The notes under the pieces are model-generated. The model searched no databases. It was not told the DNA's origin and saw nothing but the letters and a program-made list of their open reading frames with translations. 64,000 nucleotides of DNA from Phoronis australis (lineage: Eukaryota; Animalia; Phoronida), in assembly GCA_002633005.1 (NCBI GenBank), contig NMRA01000215.1:196690-260689 (forward strand), written 5' to 3'. Both the position numbers and the translations under genes were made by a program. Below, one piece after another: positions 23,012 through 37,333 of the stretch. Numbering within the stretch: the first letter of the stretch is position 1; each line of letters opens with the position of its first letter.

Positions 23012-24972
23012 TTCTGATTGCTTAACTCAGGCCAACTGGTGCATTAAAATTATGTTGACAAACACGCTTCATTTACCCATTGTGTATAGATTCTAACATA
23101 ATACCAGTGCCAGGTCAGTCAATGCCAATTCACAGACTTGTTGCATGTCTGGTGCAGACCAGGCAATCAATTTTCCTCACAATGTATGTGACCAAGTTAC
23201 AAATTCAATTCTCTGCCATAGCAAGTCTAAATTATCAAGCCAGGAGGCGGTGCAGATGAATTCAAACTTCCTACCTCCAGTCATGAAAACTTTCTCCAAA
23301 ATCCCACCCCGGGTCACCATCAATGTTTCACCATAGACGCTTCAAATTTTTGGGAGTCAGCTGGTGCATTCTAACTAAGCAGTTCCAACTGCATGCTTAA
23401 AGCAAAAATACAGATTGCAACTGAATTTACATGTTTGATCCAATCTTAAAAATGCAGATCTTTTAGACAATCCCAAAATGGGAAACACACTTAAGATAGT
23501 AGACAAGATGTCACTTGAAAAAGGCTACCAAAAAATTTGAAATTGGAAAAGGACGTTAACGTGAGCCAGGGGGTGCTCTAAATTTTCCCATAGATGGGTC
23601 ATTTGAGATAAATAAAACATTTGAAGAAGAGCATACAGTACTTTGAGAATCTTTTGTTTTGTTATTTACTTGTTACCTGCATGTTATGACGTTTTAACCA
23701 ATGTTTCGTTGGGGTCATTTTTTCAGTTAGAGCTTATTTGTTTTAATTTTTGTTGATGTTTTTACAATTTGTGTGACAAGTGGTTTGCTGCAGATGTCAT
23801 ATTGGCAGTTTTTGAAAATTGCTCTGAAGAAACTCAGGAATCAGAAGGGACAAAACTGTTTTGTGTACATCTTTTGTTTTGTGAAGTTTAAAGTGGCTAT
23901 AAATCCACCTTCTGCCACAAAAAGCAACTTTTGATCTAGAGCACTAGTTGTTATGAAATTGATCTCTGCACTTTTCCCACTCACTGGCGTACTCTTCACT
24001 AGTGACAGGGGAGTTAACGCTTGTTTTTTGGATTAAACACCAGATGGTATAAATTAGTATAGTGTGTGATGGTATAACAAGTTGCGATTTAAAGCATTAC
24101 TCCTGGGGACTGGATTTAACCTTTCCCATTGTGGGGCAATTGTTTAACCCAGGAAATTACGTTTTCCCATTGACCAAAATCCTGAAAACAGGGGAGTTGC
24201 AATGTTGGTGGTGGGAAAGCGACATTTATTTGTTTTCTTGGGAAGATAAATACCGTAATGCTATTTTTTTCTTGTTGCTCCCAAAGTGTTAACTTTAATT
24301 TATGAATTGATAGATCATTGTTGTGAAAATTTTGTTGTTTCATTTCACCAAGGGCCTATCTCAGGAGTAATGGGATTAGGTCTTATGCTATTATGCATTC
24401 AATTGTTCCAAAAAATCAGCAAGGTGCAAAGTGTGCGATGGTATATCCAAATAATTGTAGTAATTTATTTAGCATAGCTCTGTTCTGTGAGGTGCTAACA
24501 GTTATATAAGTGAATATTCTTTAGGTTTAGTGAATCGGGAATTTAAGAGAAAGTTGTGTCTTAAGCCTTGGATCACTTTTTATGAAACCGGGTGCAAAAG
24601 ATACGTGTCCACATTTTCCATTTCCTGTGCAGTACCTGCAGGACAATATCACTGAATGTGCCCTGTTTTTTACTCATAATGAACATGAAACAGACTTACA
24701 AATATGTCAGATTTTCTGAAAAGTTATCCTACCATATGAATTTTGCATACATTGAAATCAATCCAAGTAAAATGTGGGCACTATGTAACCCAATTACAGA
24801 TATGTATGGATAGTGGGATTTCATTTTGGCAGGCTATGTGTATGCGTAAATAAAATGTTCCCGTTTGAGATGGTATGGCATCTGAGAAGTATTTATTGTT
24901 TGTCATGTTAATTTGAATTGATTTATTTTGTTGTGTTTTGCATTCTATTGTGTACTATTTGATTGTACTGCA

Positions 24973-24978
24973 AATAAA
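24973..24978 (+). promoter_or_regulatory. Candidate distal polyadenylation signal
   Basis: AATAAA preceded by TGTA motifs and followed by a T/GT-rich tract (gttctgttcttctctttttatttt). Confidence 0.35.
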
Positions 24979-27900
24979 ACACAGTGCTTTCAGTTAGTTC
25001 TGTTCTTCTCTTTTTATTTTATCTTCTAAAAATGACTTAGTCAGTTATTCTGAGTGTTGTAAGAGGAGGGGGGGGAGGGAGGTGGAAACAATTCACCTGT
25101 CGCACTCATGAGCTGCCAGTTCTTCCCAAACCTGGAAATTACTTTTATCATAAAAATTCTTCAGATTGGGTCAGTCTCAACAATTTGGGACACAAGCCAA
25201 AATTGAATACTCTCGATTACATGGGATATTTTGGTCTTCGTCATATTTTTCAAATACTGTACACTGCATTTTGTATCAACAAAGTCTGAGATAAAGTCAT
25301 CGAAAATAGCTACTAACGCAACACTTGTTTTTTGTGTAATTCTTGAATTTGGGACATCCAATATTGCCTATTTCTAAAATTTGGTACAAGGTTTCACCTT
25401 GAGCAAAATAATTAATTTCTCAACTCCCAAACTTGAGAATTTTTACCATAATCTAAGAAACAAGTTGAGATCAGTTTAGGCGACATGCTCTTGAATTTAC
25501 TAATTTTTTTATCGAAAGACATAGATATTTTTAGAATCTTTGCTCACAGAACCGTGTCAATGAAAATAATGTCAGAACAGTTTTAATCATGTGCCTTGAA
25601 AGATAATCACAGACAAATTTCTGCAGCTAATGGAAAAACAGAATTCGCAAGTTTTATGGGAGAGGTTTTGTGTCGGTGGAAGCTGCTGTGAAAAATCTCA
25701 GTTGTTTTAAAAATGCAGCATCTGGTGGTCTATTGCATTCTGTTGGTGAAAGACTGAGAATCACTGGCGGCTAGAAATTGTCTCAACAATAAAACATCCA
25801 ACCTCACCGACGGGCTTCAGTGATTGCCATTTTGCTAAAGTACGCTAGTAAGCTCCGGAGCATACTTGCAATACGTTCGCCTCCACTCACTTGTGTGATT
25901 TTGGATTGTCTTGAGTAATCTTACTTTTATAAGAGATTTTTTCATTTACGGAATACTCCCCTGGCCATTATTTTCATGAACTCAAATGCCTCTGTGATTA
26001 TATAAATTGGCTTCGTGGGTTGAAAATAAGCATTTAAAAAGATTAGAAATTTTTACCCTTGGTAATGGAGGCAGGGAGTTACTGCACCTGAGAGTTAAAA
26101 ATGGCACTGTACGTAAACGTTAGCAGTTAGAATTCCACTAGGTTGCCTCAGATGAATAAAAGGCAGTACTTGTTCACAATTAGAGAAGATTATAACAATA
26201 TTTTGTGGACTTAACTTCACAAAATGGAATGTGGTCTCAAGCCTACTTAAAAACAACAACTGGTGCTTGATTGACGTGTGTTATATTTATCAGTGATCAA
26301 AAACAAAGCCTATTGGTACCAGAAGGAAATCAACTGGCTTAAGGAAACTATGAACCCACCTTCTTCTTCTTCTAACTTGAGATTTGAACATACCATCATG
26401 AAAATTTCCCCATTTGTTTCCTAGCCAAGTCAAAGGCAATTTTTGGGGCTTAGAAAGAACAGACGATTCGTAGTTGCTTGAGACCAGGCTCCCAAGTTGG
26501 CTTGTCAAGGCAGATCATTCATGTGCATGGTTTCAACCAATAACAAACTGTCAGATTTTAGCAAGTCCAAAATCGTTTCTCACCTGAATAAGGAACAAAA
26601 TGAGATCACTTTTGTAATGGTGAGTGGACGAAATAAGAAGATGAAATAAAATTAATACCCTCTTCTAAAACCACTGGTTGGCTGGTGCAGGTTTTCTGCA
26701 ATACCGGTAGTTGTTAAGGTGCATATATTTTACTCCACTAGTATTGAAAATGATATTCATTTCAGTGTATGTGAGGCATGCTTCCAATGAAAGTACTATT
26801 ACATGATAAGTTGTGTCATCTTTGTAACTATGTATGTGGTAATGCTTCACTAATTTTACACAAAAGTAATCACCATGGTTGTCATTTTTCCATTTTTCAA
26901 AGGCTGATAACCCTCACATCTGGCAGTGGATAGTTGCAACAAATGCAGAACGCCAAGACTTCCTTTGTTACAGTCGCGGTACCACGAGTGCAACAGCAGT
27001 GTGGTGCAAGTTATGCAAATGTACTACAGCAACAGAGTCTCTACATTCTGTTTTTGATGTTTCACTGAAGCAGTTGTTGTATATACTGTAGTCAAGCCGC
27101 ATGATCAAAGTGGGTGCTGGGAAATCTAACAAACTGTTGCGCATAGTGGTATATTCATGATACCAAGCTTTTGAGTCCATTACGCCAGCCCATTGACATG
27201 TCAAGCTTCATTTCCATTTGTCTGATCAATTCAAGCAAGTATTATTAATTGTTTGTTCCGGTAAGCAATTTCATAGTGCAAGTGATAGTGGGAAAATTAC
27301 CTGTATTCAATTTGTCTGCTCTTGAAAGTTTTTTTTAGTGATCACTGGTGGTCTAACGCTAGGAATAAGAAGGTGTCTTTGGGTTTTAACAATGCCACAC
27401 TCTTTATATGCTGTTATCCACATAATATGTTCAACATGTTTCGTTGTTTATTCAAATTAGGTAGTATTTAAAGAAAGCATAATAAAATCACTTGTGGAAC
27501 ATTATGAAGGTCAAATTCTTTATGTCTGTGCTTGTGTATCCAGATGCACATTGAGCTTATTGTGAAGTCTAGTGTTACAGGATTCTAACTTAACTCTGGT
27601 ATGAGTGGAGTATCTACGTAAGCTGCGAAGTTAATTGAATCACTCATATCAGCTTCAGTAGTTAACGGCATCAAATTGAACGGTAGGTGACGCTGTCATC
27701 ATCGAAGTAATTGCAAGGTGGCGGTGATGCATCCCGTGCACGCTAAGATTTTTTTTAATGTGACAATTAGATACCAAATACATGTGCTAATTGACATGAA
27801 ACTTATTTCTAATTCAATTGGTGATTATTCAAGCAAAATATAAGCAACTTTTAGAAATGACACTGCCCTTTAATCGTTGACAATAGCATTGGCCCCTGGA

Positions 27901-28190
27901 GATAACTTCTACGAGACCGAAGTTGACTGTCCGTACCGCACCGCCGCATCGTGGCTCTGCTGTTAAATCTACCTGTTTACTGCGAAGTTAACTGGTGCTG
28001 TTAACTTTGATCCAAGACCAAAGTTAACTGTTCATACTGACCGCAACTCCCCAAAACACCAACGGGTTTGGCGTTAGTATGAAAGGGCGTTAAAGAACTT
28101 TGGATCTCTTAAAATCTAGACTATCTAAGATTCATTGTCGATTATGACCACTACCGTAGATTTGTATCCTACATGCCGTGAATAATATGC

Positions 28191-29601
28191 TTACACGAAA
28201 GTCACGTATTTCTAAAGATATGCATGACTTTTCACCGCTTGTCCTTCTGAGCAGCTTTTACCGGTATGAAAGCGAGTGTGGCGCCAGAGTCGGACTCAGC
28301 TGCGATAACCGCATTGTGCGGTGCGAACAAGACCCAATTAAGTGTAATTACCCGACCATAAACTGTAGTAAATGCCTCTGCCTGTACATACTGGCAAATT
28401 TTCAAAATGCATCAACCAACAGTTTTCGTTAAAAACAATTACCACAGCCGTATTCAGATGGAAAAGACAAAGTTTGGTTTTCGATTTTTAAAAATCGATG
28501 AACTATTAAGCTAAAAACTACAAACATTGGGTATGATTGAAGATAAACGACTGTGTGTATTGATATACTCGGTGATTTACAAACGCTTATCAGAGGTAAC
28601 AATATCACATGGATTATTCTTTTAATACATAACTAAGCTATATTGAAACATCTATGAACAACACACAATGACTAAATTTGATGTCAATAATTTTTAAAAC
28701 ACCGCTTATGGCCCTGTGCATGCCAAACTACTTTACTCCAGGAGTATACCACGACCGGAAAACTGGTATTCGTGTAAATGCGCCAATTTCGATAGTTAGC
28801 TTGAGTTGTAATGGAACACCTGTGTGAAGACAACTATGACTATTGGTAGGTTTACAGTCAATGAGAGAGTGCAAGTACTGGATGAGGTTGGTTGCTGGGC
28901 AAGAGCTGTGATTTCATTTTTTATGACTGAGGAAAAGCTAGAATAGTTATGTAGTTACTGCAACCAAAATTGTCCAGAGGTTTCAAATCTTTAGTTTGGC
29001 TATCAGCATATTTGCACATTTGTATATATGTTATGATTTGAGTTCTAATAAAGATTGAATTTGAACTAATGGCACATGGAGGTTCGTTTGCTGTGACATG
29101 TTTGGTGTAGCTGTACTCTGGAAAATTCAGGGATATGGGTTCACAATTAACTGACTTCTAAGTTGTTTTGTTGCTTCAGTTAAACACAAAATAAAAAAGA
29201 TAGCAACTCTAACTGGTAAGAAAAAAAAGCGAGTAGACAGGAGTATTAAAATAAAGTAATGAAAACAGGTATGAAACGTATTTAAAACCAACGTTCCTTT
29301 GGGAAGTGGCCCTTTGTCAAGATCAATGCAAATTAACTTTTTAGTCTTTGTAATATTTAAAATGTACCAAGTTAAAATTGCTCTCCATATTGCAGGCTTT
29401 AACTCAGTGCAAATGCCTGAGAAAAACAATTCGAGTGCAATAACCACCATTGTTGTTAAGAAAGTTGTGCTAGCTATTACCTTTCCACTTCATTAGCTCA
29501 GATTTACATCAGTACAAAGGGCATTCTGAATAAGGATCATCAAAGTTGTCTGGGGCTTAGGGACTCAGAGCTGTGGCTAGTGTAAGCGAGAAATTCTCCA
29601 C
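28191..29601 (-). pseudogene. Diverged tandem duplicate, copy 1 of a decayed spliced gene or transposon fragment
   Basis: Collinear with 29790-31485; lacks the segment equivalent to about 30055-30560 but keeps a block (about 28630-28900) missing in copy 2. Confidence 0.6.
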
Positions 29602-29789
29602 ATGAAATCAGGATGGTCCGTGAGACACATCTACGCTTCTCCATTAGAAGGCGTTTCACTTGCGTAATTTGTCGTGGCAGCAAATGCAAGTGTCAGTTGT
29701 TTCCATTATCGTGTTGATGCTTATATAAAACTGAAACAAAGATGCAATAAACTAATTGACCGGGCACCTTCATACCTTGAATAATGCGT

Positions 29790-31485
29790 TTACAATTAGT
29801 CACGCATTTCTAGAGATATGCGGGAATTTTCACCGCTCGTCTTTCTGAGTGGCTTGTACCAGTATCAAAGAGAGCGTGGCGCCAGAATCAGGTACAATTG
29901 TGATGACCGCATTGCCCGATGCGAGCAAGACCCCATTAAATGTAATTATCTGACCATAAACTGTATTAAACATCTCTGACTGTACATAATGGCAAATTTT
30001 CCAAATGCATTAACCACTAATTTTCGTAATAAACTAACACCACGGCGGTATTCCATTACGGCGTTTCCCGTTGCTCCCAACTTGTTCGATTCTATAGCCC
30101 AACAACAAGTTGGGAGGTTTACCCCTGTAGCCAATATCTTACAGGACTGGCGTTCATGTTTGGAGGGCCAGCTCTCTTTTGTTCGATAATTGCTCTAATC
30201 TTCGATAAGATCGTATCTAGCCTGACTGGGCTGTGCTGTTAAAAATAAAAGTTAAGTTATAACATATTTGAACATGAATCAATAGCATTTCTGAAATCCT
30301 CGTCAAATGGTGATCATGTTTAGTTTTTGAATCGCCAAAATCACCCAACTGCAACCGAAGTTATGATAATCTTCTTTCCGATACTCTGGGTTTGACTGTG
30401 TTCACACTGGTCTGTAATAACTCCTGTAGATAATTGGCCTGCCTGTTGTCATACCAGACAAAAGACTGTGCTTGGCAGTTAACAAAGAAGCTAGATGTTA
30501 TCACACGCTCACAACCCCCTTCATCTGGTAAAGTCACTGTACGGGAAAACGCTGTCATGCAGCTGGAAAAAAAACAACCAAGTACGGTTTTCGATTTTTA
30601 AAAATCGATGAACAAATAATCTAAAAGCTGCAACCATTGAGTACAATTGAAGATAAACTACCGCGTGTATTGATATACGTACTCGGTGGATATACAAAGG
30701 CTGATCAGAGTTAACAATATCACATGGATTCATTTTTTAAATTCTTTCAATCTCGTTTAACCAGAGTTTTGACCAGGAAACAGTTGTTGTGCCCACTTTT
30801 CATTTTTTATTACTGACAAAGAGCTAGAATAGTTATATAGTCAGTGCCATCGAAACTGTCCAGAGATTCCAAATCTTCAGTTTGGTTATCACCGTATTTG
30901 CACTTTTGTATATATTTTATGATTTGAGTTTTAATAAAAATTAAACTTTATTGACACATGAAATGTTTAGTGTACCTGTAATGTGGTAAGTTTAGGGATG
31001 GGCTCACAATGAGCTTAACTAATTAAGTTTAACTGGCGATCAAAATCTACCACTGTTTTTGTACTTCAAGCTTAAAACTTAGATAAATAAAAAGTTATCA
31101 ACCCGTTCCCGGTAAGAAAAATAAACAAATGTGCAGAAGCATTAAAAATTAAATAAAGAAAACCAATGTGAAACTTATCGATCCTTTGGGATGTGGCCCT
31201 TTGTGAGATAAACACAAGTTAACATTTATAGTCATTTTGTAATATTTATAATTTACCTAGTTAAAACTCAGTACTCTCCAGAGTTGCAGGCTATGACTCT
31301 GCAAATGCCAAAGAAAACCAAATTGGGGATACTAACAACAACTATTGTTGAGGCAGTTATGCCAGCAATTACCTTTCCACTTCATTAGCTCAGATCTACA
31401 TCAATACAAAGGGATTGCTGAATAGGCATCCTAAAAGTTGTCTGGGGCTTAGGGAATCAGATCTTCAGTGTGAGAAATTCTCCAC
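29790..31485 (-). pseudogene. Diverged tandem duplicate, copy 2; decayed multi-exon coding remnant
   Basis: Minus-strand exon-like blocks bounded by AG/GT, e.g. 30235-30143 (ttttatttttaacag|HSPVRLDTILSKIRAIIEQKRAGPPNMNASP|gtaaga) and 30562-30345; other blocks contain stops or frameshifts. Confidence 0.55.
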
Positions 31486-31598
31486 CTGTACTATTAAAAC
31501 TTGTTTTAAAATTTTATCCCGTGATCTTATTAATGTAGTTACTGTATATTATCTTCTCGTTTTTATTTCATTTACTTTTTAAGGTTCCCTTGTTTTTT

Positions 31599-31805
31599 CT
31601 TTGACTCCAGCATTACCATGTGTTAGCCTATTACTTTGATTCCAGCATTACCATGTGTTAGCCTGTTACTTTGACTTCAGCATTACCATATGTTAGCCTG
31701 TTACTTTGACTCCAGAATTACCATGTGTTGGCTTGTTGACTTTGACTCCAGCATTACCATGTGTTAGCCTGTTACTTTGACTCCAGCATTACCATGTGTT
31801 AGCCT
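31599..31805. repeat. 35-bp minisatellite, about six copies
   Basis: Unit ctttgactccagcattaccatgtgttagcctgtta. Confidence 0.96.
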
Positions 31806-34800
31806 GGGGCTAATATTTTCTGTTTCCCCTAATTCCTCTGCAGAATAAATGAATACACATCATCATCAGCGACTGTCAGTTTTCCTCCTTTGTTCTCTTC
31901 GATCTGCTTTGCAAGTTCTCCCAGTGCATCAAAACCATGTTTATGCCTTTTCTAGCTTTCTGGGACAAAAATGGCGGACTGTTGGTGTGTTTGCCTGTTG
32001 TGCATCCTGATTGGCTAGAATTATTAGCTTGATTGACATATCAAACCTATACTTGTGTAAAAATGGCGAGACTCAGTCCAACTTGTGTATATGTAGGCTA
32101 TGGGCCTGCATTACAATTAACAACATTTTGTTGCATTAGCTCATACCATCATCAGGTTTGTCAACTTTGTTGCAAAACGCACAATGTAACCCAGTATATG
32201 AACTTCAACATCTGGTTTTATCATCAACTTCTAAAACACAGAAGTGGTCTGTGACTTGGGAAATCTAGGTCGATGTGACGTAGAAGATTTGCATAAGGTT
32301 TATCAATTAGCCCAAAACAGAGTCCATCTTAATTAGTATTGAATAGCAACAGTATGACATGAAAACAGGGACAAAGGTTATTCAATTGCTGTTTCATCTC
32401 AGCTTTATAATGGATTTGTCTGAACAATGAACAATGCCCTGTTGAGGATTTTTGGATTGAACACTTTCTGCATAAACGCTTAGGTGCACATGTCTTTTTT
32501 GAAATAGTTCCGTAGCAACTGATGCTGTTCACAACCAGTTTTACTAAGACTTAATTATTGATATGAATTAATTTAGATTTGAAAAATTATTGTACTCTCT
32601 TTGTGTTATATATTTGTAATGTGAGCTGGAGGCCTGTTACATGGAATAAACCTGTATAATTATGGTGATACTGAAGGGCGCAAGTATTTAGTAAGTAATC
32701 AGTAGAAAGGGGTTAGACATTGGGGTCAGGAGCTTCATGCATCCGCACCTTCAGTCACGCATGCTAATAACTGTACTACATATTTATGACTGATGTATAA
32801 AGTAAAAGAATGCAATATATGAAAAGTGGGCTCTTATGTTTTTATGTTCCTCGAGGGTCCAAAGTTTTGTCTACATGAACTCAGTACTGCCTACACAAGG
32901 TGATTACTTACCTGCGGTCCTAATTGGCTACATGTTGCTGATGGCAAAAAAAACTATGGCACCAGCTGCTTGCATTAAGTAGGCGGTGATGTCCGGGGAA
33001 AATATCCTTTGGCAATAAGATGCCGGCAGCAAGCCTCCGCCAATTGAATGTAATGGCCGTGGAAGGTGTTTCGTGGCCTGGGGTGATACATTTGCCCAAA
33101 TCAAGCCAATTCATCTAACTTCATTGTCTGTCTTAGGCAACATTTGTCACCACTGAGTCTGGTAAGTACAGACTAACATGAAATACCATCACGGTGTTTG
33201 CTGTAGGCAATGTGGAGAAAAAAGATCAGACCAGAAAATGTGTTTTTAGATGCAATACTGTCTATTGACTCTTTGAACCCTCATAATAAATGAAATCTTC
33301 AGTATAAGTACATGAAGTACAAATGACCCAAACAGAAGATTAAATATATATTCCATATTGCCAACTACAAGAACATATGCCACATACCATAAATTGATGA
33401 TTTAGATTTTTTTAGATGCAACATTGCATTGTTTTATGTTCTTTTGACTTCCATAATTTCTTACCACTTGGTTTCAACATTACCCAAATCTTTCTTCCTT
33501 GCTCTATCTCCATTCTATCAATATTTCTTCTCAGTCTAGACCACCCCTCGAGCGCAATTGTTTTTTCATCATTGTTGCCATGTGCTCTTATTTCCGGATC
33601 AGCGACAGTCGCTGAACCCTTGCGGAATGGTTGCTAGCTGTGCAGCTCTGTCTCATGTACCCGATTTGTGCTGAACCATAAAGGAGAGGTGTATCTTGCC
33701 TAGGACACACCCTTAATAGTTCACAGATGAGCTGGCTCATCTATGAGAAAAAAAACTGGCCCTGCATTTTATTGTTTTGGCTAATGAGCTTTGAGTCTGC
33801 TTGCAAGGCACATGTCTGATGTTAGTTTGAATTTGTTTCAAAGTGACTTAAAAGGAGCACTAACCCCAAGCTCAGGTGCATCAAAGCTTGAAGCACCAGC
33901 TCTCTGTTATTGCAAATATTATTATTCACCGTTTCAACAAAAGCACCTACATTCATGAAAATGTAAAGTTAACACAGTTAGTTGATGCCTCAAATGCACT
34001 TTATCTATGCAAGTTGCAAAGATACCACCGTTCAGTCATATTTACGTCTGACAGAGGAAATTACAGCAAATTTGAAACTATGGTAGAATCTCACCACTTT
34101 ACAACACAATATGACGGACAAGTGAAATTTTATTTTCTTATTTTTTCATAAATGACATGCAGTACTAAAATGATGCTTTCCCATATACACGTTCTATACT
34201 ATAGCTACCAACAGACAATATTTTGACACTTGTTGCCTTTCACAATAATGTTAGAAGTCCTTGAAAAATTGTTTTAGTTGGAAATTGGTGAGATTTTACC
34301 ATACTTGAAGTTTCCTTGTGAAGTATTCTGGTAATCTTTTTTCTTTTCTTCACTGCTTGTAAGTGATACCTTAGTTTTTCTGTTAATTTCAGCTGAACCT
34401 GTTTCTGACCATAAGGATATTGATAGGTCATTAGGCTATGTGTGTCTTGCTGCACTCATTGGGAGGGTTGCAGTGGTTTTGTCACTACTTGTTTTACTGT
34501 GTGCATCCCCAGGTTGTGATGAGTCAAAGATTAATTTTATTGAAAGCTACAGTCATTTATGCACTGTTGAAAACAACCACTTTCTTATAAAACTCCTCGC
34601 ATATACGAAATGCAAGGTGGCCGCGATGCAGTCCTGGAGACTTCAGGGACACGGAGTGAACATTTCAGTAATGTAGTCCATTAAACAAGTGACAAAGGAC
34701 ATCGTTAGGCAACTCTTACCTCAACACCATCAGCTAATGTGTATGGGCGTAAAATGAATTATCCCGTTGAACAAAGACCTGTGATTTGGGCTCAAGAATT

Positions 34801-37333
34801 TCAATCGCTTGGGACGGTCTATCACAACGAAATTGTGTTACGATTTTAAAGCAAGATTTCTTTTCATCACATTGTATGATTCTTGTAAAATGTTTTGCTC
34901 ACCTGATAATAAATTCCGCAAGAGTAAAAAATGTCTCAGGTGTATAATGTGACACTCGGGCTTGTTTCGTGGCACCTTTTACTTGGTCAAGAGATTTGTA
35001 CCAGAACACCCCGTTTCTCAGGAGGCCTGTTTGTCATGAAATCTGATCTAAGGTCCTATTGTGTGGAGTAGAGTAATTACTGCATTAGCCATGGCTTCAC
35101 TGCAGTAAAACTAAAATACTGATACACCATGCAGTAAAACTGGAGATGTTTCAAACTGGCTTCTGATCATTTTCCCTAAAGAAATGTGGTAAAAATTAAG
35201 CCAAAATAGATGTGTTAGGTTTTAGTTTCTCTTTCAACTGACTATAATTGGCCAGTGAGTCTGGTGATGCCCAACAAAAGACCGCGGGAATGCTTTTGAT
35301 TGGATTGATAACTGGATTTAGAAACCGTTGTCAAGTTGTCGTCTGGAGTTGAAACCAAATGGGAGGTTTTTTAATGTGACTCAAGCAAGCAGGTAGAGCT
35401 GAAGAGTCTACCACACACCAAATTGTGTATGGAGCCAAATGAATAATTCAGCCCTCCCCATTTAGAGCCTCATTAATGCTGTGCAGTAGACAACTGTCCA
35501 TTGTTGACGCATGACCACCCCTGTCTTGTGAGTTGGGAGCCCCAGTTCTCACAAACATAAGTATTATTCTAATGTCAGATTTCTCTCTAAAACTCATCTG
35601 ATCTGATGCGAGGAGGAGTATGCTCTCAACACCAAGTTAACAAGTCTGTGAAATATCACCAAGTCTGAGCTGCTACTAACAACTATCCTGTTGTATTGTT
35701 GCCATTGATAGTAATTAGTGTGAACATCCGGGACAATTACCGCACTAATTTTTTGTGGATTTAAAAAAGTTGCGAGATGTTTTCTGCATGAACGTACTGT
35801 CTGCAATGATGCAAAGTTTTAAAGACAATGTCCACTAACACAGAATGTTTGGTTGGTAAGTTCACTTAATGTCAATTTTTGTAGTTTCCTTGGTTTTTAA
35901 ATGAAACCTTAAAGTTGCTTGCTTTTTGATACAGTTTTCCATGAATTTAGGAAATCAGAAAGCCATATTGATCATACCTTATTGTAATGTTTTACCCAGT
36001 TGGAAATTATTTTTACAATACCACAAGTGTGCCCACTTGTCAGAATGTCTCAGTTAATGGTTCACTTTGCTTGTTTACTTGTGTTTAGGTCAACCCTGGT
36101 ATATGAAACCCTTGTTGAAAATTGCTTGAAAGGTTTTAAATTTTTACTTGCTCTGTAATAAATATTGAAGTCGTAAAACTTTCCTTACAGTTGTATTTTT
36201 GCTAATTGGTAGAATGGCTTTGTTAACTGCTGTTTTCTGTTATATTAAAACAGAAAACCTCTTACAACATGGATGTCATTTTTTCAATGGATATTAAATA
36301 AATCTTCTGCTAATTCAAAAGGCAATCCCAGTATTTATTTATATTTTTAGTCATAAGAAACTCCACTTTGAAAATCAGTCTCTTTGGATTTTTGATTTGC
36401 TCTGCTTTTCTAGTGTTTTGGGTTTAAGGCTTTCTTTTTTGCTAATCGCTGAGACTGAGGTATCACCGTACATAAATCCTCCACAAACGATTATGATGAG
36501 AATTTTGCAGTTTGGGAAAGTGAAAAAATAATTATTTTGCTCAAATTTGTACCAAATTTTAGAAGTAGGCAATATTGATCCTCCCAAATTTAAGGGTTAC
36601 ATTCAATGACTAACATCATTCAGGTCCATGATATACATGAAAACATTGCGTCAACGTCTATTTCCAACAGTTTAATCAACTGTCAAGCTTGTTTTTCGAT
36701 GGCAAAATGAAGTGTCCAATATTTGAGAAATATGAATGCCAAAATCACCCATGTCCAGAATCAGTATCCCAAATTTTAGAGACTGTCCATTTTCTTCATA
36801 AAAACAAGTTTTTACCAGGAATTAAGCACCACAGCTGCGTATATCTTTGTGCATGCGTGCATGTTTGTGCCACACAGTATAGGAAAAGTACAATATAAAT
36901 ATCATTAAGATAATGTCTATCATTGCTATACCATTGTGTACGATGTCAGTCGCGTGCCAATATAAATATAGAGAAGATTGGAAGTCGAAATGTTCCATTT
37001 CTGTTCTGGTACTATCTTGCCATATCGGCCTCATGAGGGGGAACCACGCCTCAGGAAATTTTAATGTTCAATAGACTGGAAACCTTTTTTGTAACTGTCA
37101 AAAGTCTGTTAGAATTGTCTGAAGCAAATTGGGTCACCTTATTTTTTCTGAAAATTGTCCCAGTATTAGCAGCTTTTTGTGGTTAGTGACTAAAAACAAC
37201 TCTATTTACCACAATTAAAGCTCCATTTTGTCCTGCTTAGCTGGCTAAAAATGAAAATCGGATTAAGCCATTTACCCTCACGAAATCGGTTTTAGTGATA
37301 GGATTCTATTCTCATTATCAAAAAGAACATCAA

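Noticed and set aside
25098-25131. Short minus-strand AG/GT-bounded block
   Set aside because: Weak pyrimidine tract, too short to identify, no linked exons.
34240-34455. Basic, coiled-coil-looking minus-strand ORF (KLRYHLQAVKKRKKITRILHK)
   Set aside because: Lysine richness follows from a T-rich plus strand; no clear acceptor and no recognisable family.
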